DNA from: an uncultured Oscillospiraceae bacterium
Lineage (GTDB): Bacteria > Bacillota > Clostridia > Oscillospirales > Ruminococcaceae
Direction: 5' to 3'
Assembly: GCA_964635385.1 (NCBI GenBank)
Contig: CAZWNI010000001.1
Coordinates: 1 to 52,802 of the forward strand
Length of the DNA stretch: 52,802 nucleotides
Under the pieces are notes generated by a model that had not been told where the DNA came from, searched no databases, and saw only the letters and a list, made by a program, of their open reading frames with translations. Made by a program: the position numbers and the translations under genes. Of this stretch, positions 47,172 to 52,802 are shown piece after piece; the first letter of the stretch is position 1; every line of letters begins with the position of its first letter.

Positions 47172-47822
47172 GTGTCCATCTGTATGAAGGTGTGGGGGGA
47201 CTACGCCTGCTTCTCCAGACCGGAACTCAAAAGCGAGCGGGTCAGCTATGATGTTATGACTCCCTCTGCCGCCCGGGGAATCGTGGAGAGTATTTTTTGG
47301 CATCCGGGCATGAAATGGGTCATTGACGCTATTTATGTGCAAAAACCCATTCAATTTACCAATATCCGCCGCAACGAAGTTTCAGAAAAGATTTCCTGCA
47401 ACGTGGTTCGCAGTGGAATAAAGTCTGGAAAACCGTTGTATCTGGCCACCCCGGAGTGCATCCAGCAGCGGGCCACCACCGCTTTGCGGAAAGTGGAATA
47501 CATCATTGAAGCCCATTTTGACATGACCGACCGAGCGGCTCCAGGAGACAATCCGGGAAAGTTCCAGGAAATGTTCACCCGGCGGCTGCAAAAGGGGCAG
47601 TGCTATCGGCAACCTGTATTGGGGTGTCGAGAATTTACCGCATATTTTTCCCCTTGCGAAGAAATCCCTCCCTGCCCCGATGAGCTGAAAGGCACCAAAG
47701 ACCTGGGATATATGCTCTACGATCTGGATTACAGCGACCCCGCCAACATCCGCCCCCTGTATTTTCGGGCGGTGATGGTAGATGGCAAACTGGACCTGCG
47801 GGAGGTGGAAATTAAATCATGA
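47172..47822 (+). CDS. cas5c: Cas5c (Cas5d), type I-C pre-crRNA endoribonuclease subunit
   Basis: VWGDYACFSRPELKSERVSYDVMTPSAARGIVESIFWHPGMKW is the typical Cas5c N-terminus. GTG at 47172 lies 9 nt after AGGAG; the alternative ATG is at 47184. Confidence 0.9.
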   Translation: MSICMKVWGDYACFSRPELKSERVSYDVMTPSAARGIVESIFWHPGMKWVIDAIYVQKPIQFTNIRRNEVSEKISCNVVRSGIKSGKPLYLATPECIQQRATTALRKVEYIIEAHFDMTDRAAPGDNPGKFQEMFTRRLQKGQCYRQPVLGCREFTAYFSPCEEIPPCPDELKGTKDLGYMLYDLDYSDPANIRPLYFRAVMVDGKLDLREVEIKS

Positions 47823-49609
47823 TCTTAGACGCATTGACCCGCTACTATCAAGCGGTAAAATTGCCTCAGCCGGGATGGAGCAAAGTGAAGGTGTCCTACG
47901 GGCTAAAGTTGAATCCGGACGGCAGTTTGCAAAACGTGGTTTCCTTCCTGCAGCCAGCGGAAAAAGGAAACAAACTGCTGCCCAAGATCAAAGAGGTGCC
48001 GGAGCCGGTAAAGCGTTCCAGCGGTGTCAACCCCAACTTTCTTTGTGACAACTCCGCCTATCTGCTGGGCGTAGACCAAAAAGGAAAGCCGGAACGGACA
48101 AAAAAATGCTTTGAGGCCGCCAAAGCCCTTCATCAAACGCTGCTTGCCGGAGTGGAATCCCCCGCCGCCAAAGCGGTACTGGCCTACTTTGAGCACTGGA
48201 ATCCGGATACCGCTTCGACAAACCCTGTTCTTACCCAATACCCTGACATCACCGCCGGCGGCAACCTGATCTTTCTCTTTGGAGAGGACGAGGAAAACTT
48301 AGAACAAAACGAAGTACAAAGGGATTCCGCCATTTGCCAAGCGTGGGAACAGTACCGCAGCCAAAGCCAGGATAGTTCTGCCGCCTTCTGCCCGGTACTG
48401 GAGCAAACCGCTCCGGTTGCTCGGCTTCATCCTGCCATTAAGGGTGTGCGGGGCGCACAATCCAGCGGCGCTTCCTTAATTTCTTACAACGCCGACGCTT
48501 TTTGCTCTTACGGCAAAGAGCAAGGCGAAAATGCCGGCATCAGCAAGCAAGCCGCCTTTGCCTACACCACCGCCTTAAACTACCTGCTCTCCGACCACCC
48601 TGCCCATCTATGGAACACCGCCACCCAGGAAAAGGACGATCCGCAAAAAAGCCGGTTCCGCTACGCTTCCCAGTTGGGAGATACCACGGTGGTGTATTGG
48701 GCGGAAGGGGGAGATCCGACTTACCAGGAATTCTATCGCGGGATAATAGAGCCAGAATCCCTTTCCGACGCCAGGGAAGAGGTGAACGCTGTGCTTGCCA
48801 ATCTCACCAAAGGAAAGACGGTGGACATCCAGGGCATGGAACTGGATCCGGGCGTACAGTTTTATATTTTGGGCATCTCCCCCAATGCAGCCCGGCTGTC
48901 GGTGCGTTTTTTTCTGCAAGACAGTTTCGGAGTGTTTTTAAGGCGGATCCAGGAGCACCAGCAGCGGCTGGAAATTGTCAAGCCGTCCTTTGACCAGCGG
49001 GATAACTTGTCCTTCTGGCAGCTGTTGCAGGAGACAGCCAACCCCAAGTCCAGCGACAAAAACCCTTCTCCTCTATTGGGCGGCGCCCTCGTTCGTTCGG
49101 TGTTGGAAGGCCTGCCCTACCCCGCTGCTTTGCTGGAAGGGGTCTTTGTCCGGCTTCGGGCGGAACGGAACATCAATCGCGGCAAAGCCGCCATCTTAAA
49201 AGCGTATTATTTGAAAAATCCAAATTCAGGTTGTCCAAAGGAGGTTTTAACCGTGGCATTAAACAAAGAAAGCAAAAGTGTTCCTTACCATCTGGGACGG
49301 TGGTTTGCAGTGCTGGAAGGAATTCAGCAAGAAGCCAATCCCGGCATCAACGCTACCATTCGAGACAAGTATTTTTCTTCTGCTGCTTCCACCCCCGCCG
49401 CCATCTTTGCTCTGTTGGTACAACTGTCCCAAAAGCATTTGGCAAAGCTCAGCGAAGGGCAAAATATTTTCTACAATAAACTAATTCAGGAAATCGTCGA
49501 CCACATTCCCGATGAACTTCCCACCCGGCTTTCCCTGCCGGAACAAGCATCCTTCTATTTAGGATACTATCATCAAACCCAGGACCGCTATACCAAAAAG
49601 GAGGACTAA
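47819..49609 (+). CDS. cas8c: Cas8c (Csd1), type I-C large subunit
   Basis: 596 aa. MILDALTRYYQ N-terminus. Positioned between cas5c and cas7c, with an ATGA overlap with cas5c. Confidence 0.9.
   Translation: MILDALTRYYQAVKLPQPGWSKVKVSYGLKLNPDGSLQNVVSFLQPAEKGNKLLPKIKEVPEPVKRSSGVNPNFLCDNSAYLLGVDQKGKPERTKKCFEAAKALHQTLLAGVESPAAKAVLAYFEHWNPDTASTNPVLTQYPDITAGGNLIFLFGEDEENLEQNEVQRDSAICQAWEQYRSQSQDSSAAFCPVLEQTAPVARLHPAIKGVRGAQSSGASLISYNADAFCSYGKEQGENAGISKQAAFAYTTALNYLLSDHPAHLWNTATQEKDDPQKSRFRYASQLGDTTVVYWAEGGDPTYQEFYRGIIEPESLSDAREEVNAVLANLTKGKTVDIQGMELDPGVQFYILGISPNAARLSVRFFLQDSFGVFLRRIQEHQQRLEIVKPSFDQRDNLSFWQLLQETANPKSSDKNPSPLLGGALVRSVLEGLPYPAALLEGVFVRLRAERNINRGKAAILKAYYLKNPNSGCPKEVLTVALNKESKSVPYHLGRWFAVLEGIQQEANPGINATIRDKYFSSAASTPAAIFALLVQLSQKHLAKLSEGQNIFYNKLIQEIVDHIPDELPTRLSLPEQASFYLGYYHQTQDRYTKKED
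49253..49609 (+). CDS. cas11c: Probable Cas11c small subunit, translated from an internal in-frame start within cas8c
   Basis: AAAGGAGG at 49237-49244, then 8 nt, then an in-frame GTG at 49253. It would give a 118-aa helical C-terminal product. Confidence 0.5.
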   Translation: MALNKESKSVPYHLGRWFAVLEGIQQEANPGINATIRDKYFSSAASTPAAIFALLVQLSQKHLAKLSEGQNIFYNKLIQEIVDHIPDELPTRLSLPEQASFYLGYYHQTQDRYTKKED

Positions 49610-49612
49610 CCC

Positions 49613-50515
49613 ATGAAGGAAAATGCTATCCAAAACCGCTATGATTTCGTCATCTTCTTTGACGTGGAAAACGGCAACCCCAACGGTGACCCGGACGCCG
49701 GGAATATGCCCCGGATTGATCCGGAAACCGGCTACGGTCTGGTCACCGACGTCTGCTTGAAGCGGAAAATCCGCAACTATGTGGAAACCGTAAAAGACGA
49801 TCAATCTGGATACCAAATCTATATCAAGGACGGGGTTCCCTTAAACCGCAGTGATAAAAAGGCTCTGGATTATCTGGGTTTGGAGGCAGACGAGAAGGGC
49901 AGCAACCTGAAAAGTGCCAAAAAAGATGATCCGGAATTGGATCAAAAGATTCTGGACTTTATGTGCTCCAACTTCTATGATATCCGCACCTTTGGCGCAG
50001 TGATGACCACCTTTGTGAAAGGGGCGTTAAACTGCGGCCAGGTACGGGGGCCGGTTCAACTGGGCTTTGCCCGGAGCCTGGATCCTATCCTTCCCCAGGA
50101 AATAACCATTACCCGTGTCGCCATCACCACCGAAAAAGATGCGGAACGGAAGAACACCGAAATGGGCAAAAAGTCCATTGTCCCCTATGCTATGTACCGG
50201 TGCGAAGGATTTGTTTCTGCCAACCTGGCCCAAAAGACCACCGGATTCTCGGAAGAAGATTTGGAACTGCTATGGCAGGCCATTCTCAATATGTTTGAAA
50301 ACGACCATTCCGCTGCCCGGGGAAAAATGGCAGTTCGGAAGCTCATCGTGTTCAAACACGCCAGCCAATTAGGCAACGCACCTTCCCACAAATTGTTTGA
50401 CGCTGTACACGCTGAGAAGAAAGTGGAAGATTCTATCCCCAGAAGTCACGAAGACTATGTCATTACGGTAGATGAAAACTTACCGGAAGGCGTGACCTGC
50501 ACTGTAATGGAATGA
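49613..50515 (+). CDS. cas7c: Cas7c (Csd2), type I-C backbone subunit
   Basis: 300 aa. RYDFVIFFDVENGNPNGDPDAGNMPRID is the Csd2 signature N-terminus. Confidence 0.93.
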   Translation: MKENAIQNRYDFVIFFDVENGNPNGDPDAGNMPRIDPETGYGLVTDVCLKRKIRNYVETVKDDQSGYQIYIKDGVPLNRSDKKALDYLGLEADEKGSNLKSAKKDDPELDQKILDFMCSNFYDIRTFGAVMTTFVKGALNCGQVRGPVQLGFARSLDPILPQEITITRVAITTEKDAERKNTEMGKKSIVPYAMYRCEGFVSANLAQKTTGFSEEDLELLWQAILNMFENDHSAARGKMAVRKLIVFKHASQLGNAPSHKLFDAVHAEKKVEDSIPRSHEDYVITVDENLPEGVTCTVME

Positions 50516-51174
50516 ATGATCAGGAAAAAGATTACCTCCAACTGTCCGGTATCCAACACTTTGCCTTCTGCCCCCGGCAATGGGCCTTGATCCATGTAGA
50601 ACATCTTTGGCTGGAAAACTTCCAAACCGCCCAAGGCCAGCTACTGCACCAACGCTGCCATGACGCCAAACAAGATGAGAGCAGAGGGGATTTGCTGATT
50701 CTTCGGGATCTGCGGGTCTCCTCCCCCATCTTGGGCCTCAGCGGCGCCTGCGATGTGGTAGAATTTCACCGTGATCCACAGGGAATTTCCTTACAGGGCC
50801 GGGAAGGGCTTTGGATTCCTTATCCGGTGGAATATAAGCGAGGAAAGCCAAAACCGCATCAAGCAGATGAACTGCAACTCTGTGCCCAAGCAATCTGTCT
50901 GGAAGAAATGCTCTGCTGTTCCATACCAGAAGGATCCTTATTCTACGGGGAAACCCGCCGCCGTCAACCGGTGGTTTTCAGTGCCGAATTGCGGCAAAAG
51001 GTACAGGAAATGACCGCACAAATGCATCAATACGCACAACGAGGATACACCCCTAAGGTAAAGCCCAAAAAAGGGTGTTCGGCTTGTTCCTTGAAAGACC
51101 TCTGCTTGCCGGTTCTCTGCAAAAACCGTTCCGCCGCAAAATGGACGGCGGAAAAGCTGGAGGAGGAAGCATGA
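50512..51174 (+). CDS. cas4: Cas4 RecB-like exonuclease
   Basis: 220 aa. N-terminal Cys (FAFCPRQW), D...EYK nuclease motif, C-terminal CSACSLKDLC. Confidence 0.9.
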   Translation: MNDQEKDYLQLSGIQHFAFCPRQWALIHVEHLWLENFQTAQGQLLHQRCHDAKQDESRGDLLILRDLRVSSPILGLSGACDVVEFHRDPQGISLQGREGLWIPYPVEYKRGKPKPHQADELQLCAQAICLEEMLCCSIPEGSLFYGETRRRQPVVFSAELRQKVQEMTAQMHQYAQRGYTPKVKPKKGCSACSLKDLCLPVLCKNRSAAKWTAEKLEEEA

Positions 51175-52202
51175 AAAAATTATTAAACACCCTATACGTC
51201 CTCAGCGAAGATGCTTACCTTTCCCTAGATGGAGAAACGGTGGTAATCCAGCGGCCAAATGAATCAGACAAGCATTTTCCGCTCCATACGTTAGAAAATA
51301 TCCTTTGCTTTAGTTACAAAGGGGCTTCCCCAGCGTTGATGGGAAAGTGTTCCAGGATGGGAATCGGGTTATCCTTTTTTACGCCGCGAGGGCAGTTTCT
51401 CACCCGGTGCTGGGGAGAAAACAACGGAAATGTACTGCTGCGCAAAGAACAGTACCGCCGCTCCGACCATCAAACAGAAAGCTGTCATATTGCCAAACAG
51501 ATGATCTCGGGCAAGGTGTATAATGGACGATGGGTGCTGCTGCGGGGTATACGAGACCACGCTTTACGGCTGGATGTATCTAAAGTGCAGCACAGTGCGG
51601 ATCTGTTAAAAATCAGCTTGCAACAGATTTCTAATTCTTCTTCCCTGGAACAGCTTCGGGGGCTGGAAGGAGAAGCGGCGGCGATCTATTTCGGAATGCT
51701 GGACTGCTTAATTTTACAAAACCAGGACACCTTTTTCTTTCGAGAACGCAGCCGCCGTCCTCCCAAAGATGCCTTCAACGCCCTGCTTTCCTTTGTCTAT
51801 TCCCTGCTGGCCAACCTTTGCGCTTCTGCATTAGAAGGTGTCGGATTAGACAGTTATGTAGGTTTTCTCCACCGGGATCGTCCAGGACGGGCTTCCTTAG
51901 CGTTGGATCTCATGGAAGAACTCCGGCCTGTGTTGGGAGATCGGTTTGCCCTTACCCTTATCAATCACCGGCTCATTCGCCCGGAACACTTTGATTTTCG
52001 GGAAAATGGCTCGGTTTTCCTGAACGACACAGGAAGGCGTGTTCTACTGAGCGCTTGGCAGGAACGCAAACGGGAGACTCTGACCCATCCGTTTTTAGGT
52101 GAAAAGTTATCCTGGGGGTTAGTGCCCCACATACAAGCCCTGCTTCTAGCACGGTATTTGCGGGGAGATTTAGACGCCTATCCGCCGTTTTTATGGAAAT
52201 GA
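51171..52202 (+). CDS. cas1: Cas1 integrase (type I-C)
   Basis: ATG at 51171 after GGAGGAGGAAGC, with an ATGA overlap with cas4. MKKLLNTLYVLSEDAYLSLDGETVV N-terminus. The ORF-track start at 51075 lies inside cas4. Confidence 0.93.
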   Translation: MKKLLNTLYVLSEDAYLSLDGETVVIQRPNESDKHFPLHTLENILCFSYKGASPALMGKCSRMGIGLSFFTPRGQFLTRCWGENNGNVLLRKEQYRRSDHQTESCHIAKQMISGKVYNGRWVLLRGIRDHALRLDVSKVQHSADLLKISLQQISNSSSLEQLRGLEGEAAAIYFGMLDCLILQNQDTFFFRERSRRPPKDAFNALLSFVYSLLANLCASALEGVGLDSYVGFLHRDRPGRASLALDLMEELRPVLGDRFALTLINHRLIRPEHFDFRENGSVFLNDTGRRVLLSAWQERKRETLTHPFLGEKLSWGLVPHIQALLLARYLRGDLDAYPPFLWK

Positions 52203-52211
52203 GGTGATATT

Positions 52212-52502
52212 GTGCTGCTTTTAATCACTTACGATGTAAACACTGAAACACCTGCCGGGAAAAAGCGGTTGCGAAAGGTAGCCAAAGAGTGTACCAATTA
52301 TGGACAGAGAGTGCAGAATTCTGTTTTTGAATGCATAGTGGATCAAGCACAAGCGGTGATGCTGCAAGCCAAGCTGGAGTCTCTTATTGATCCCTGCTGT
52401 GACAGTCTCCGCTTTTACCGACTGGGCAATCACTATCAGGAAAAAATTGTTCACATCGGGACAAAACCAACCATTGACCAAGAAGGTACTTTATTTGTCT
52501 AA
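52212..52502 (+). CDS. cas2: Cas2
   Basis: 96 aa. LLLITYDVNTETPAGKKRLRKVAK...VQNSVFEC. GTG start after GAGGTGA. Confidence 0.92.
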   Translation: MLLLITYDVNTETPAGKKRLRKVAKECTNYGQRVQNSVFECIVDQAQAVMLQAKLESLIDPCCDSLRFYRLGNHYQEKIVHIGTKPTIDQEGTLFV

Positions 52503-52693
52503 TTTGTGCGAGAGGCAAGTGATCAGAAAATGCCGGCTTCCTCGCACTGAAAAAATAACTGCTTTCCAGAAATAATTGCCTGTATCAAACAAAATTAGAT
52601 GATTTTTTCTAATATTAAAGTCTTGAAAAAGATATTCGGTAGATTTTTTCTGTTTTGCACAAAATAAAAGGGTACTTTTTGTATCCTTTTGCT
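52503..52693 (+). promoter_or_regulatory. CRISPR leader (AT-rich)
   Basis: 191-nt AT-rich non-coding stretch between the cas2 stop and the first repeat. Its orientation agrees with the repeat polarity. Confidence 0.7.
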
Positions 52694-52802
52694 GTCGCTC
52701 CCTGCGTGGGAGCGTGGATTGAAATGCCATTTGGTGCGGCTTTCCTCGTTGCGTTATGGGTGTCGCTCCCTGCGTGGGAGCGCGGATTGAAATTGCAAAA
52801 CC
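52694..52802 (+). CRISPR. CRISPR array (type I-C-like 32-nt repeat), truncated by the window end
   Basis: Repeat 1 at 52694-52725 is GTCGCTCCCTGCGTGGGAGCGTGGATTGAAAT. Spacer of 36 nt at 52726-52761. Repeat 2 at 52762-52793 has one T-to-C change. The start of a second spacer follows. The repeat has the I-C hallmark GTCGC...palindrome...ATTGAAA(Y). Confidence 0.85.

Noticed and set aside
52726-52761. The single complete spacer, checked by eye for a self-target within the window
   Set aside because: I noticed no matching protospacer in this window. A proper search against the full genome and phage databases is required.

Overview
This 52.8-kb window looks like chromosome from a moderately GC-rich anaerobic Firmicute, probably Clostridia (Oscillospiraceae/Ruminococcaceae-like). 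That guess rests on gene content: ecfA1-ecfA2-ecfT-truA synteny, a dockerin domain, HydF and Rnf-type subunits. No taxon can be proven from sequence alone. From about 0.2 to 42.0 kb nearly every gene is on the minus strand and is housekeeping or cell-envelope related: ClpC-like ATPase, pgsA, cvpA, truA, the ECF transporter module, ruvCAB, uvrBA, phosphoglucomutase, rpe, hydF and hslO. Mixed in are envelope and surface operons: GT4 + acyltransferase + a dockerin-bearing NlpC/P60 protein, and a 987-aa surface protein with 8 Bsp-like repeats and a transglutaminase core + MBOAT + AlgX/J-like protein + an AAAEQ-repeat lipoprotein. From 42.2 kb the polarity flips to the plus strand: two paralogous aldo/keto reductase-[4Fe-4S] genes, then a complete type I-C CRISPR-Cas locus (cas3, cas5c, cas8c with an apparent internal cas11c start, cas7c, cas4, cas1, cas2), an AT-rich leader, and the first two 32-nt repeats of an array cut off by the window end. 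I found no clear-cut novel multigene defence system. The less explained items, in order of interest, are: (1) an orphan Nif11-type leader / double-glycine / Cys-rich putative RiPP precursor; (2) a 9-6-9 palindrome upstream of it whose 13-nt core recurs in the yerC-methyltransferase/AKR divergent promoter region; (3) a divergent RnfD/E/A-only membrane trio lacking RnfC/G/B; (4) a self-contained nucleotidyltransferase + transglutaminase-like bicistron; (5) a tRNA-Arg-like 3' half at the left edge. All product calls come from motif and family recognition by eye. No HMM or BLAST search was run.
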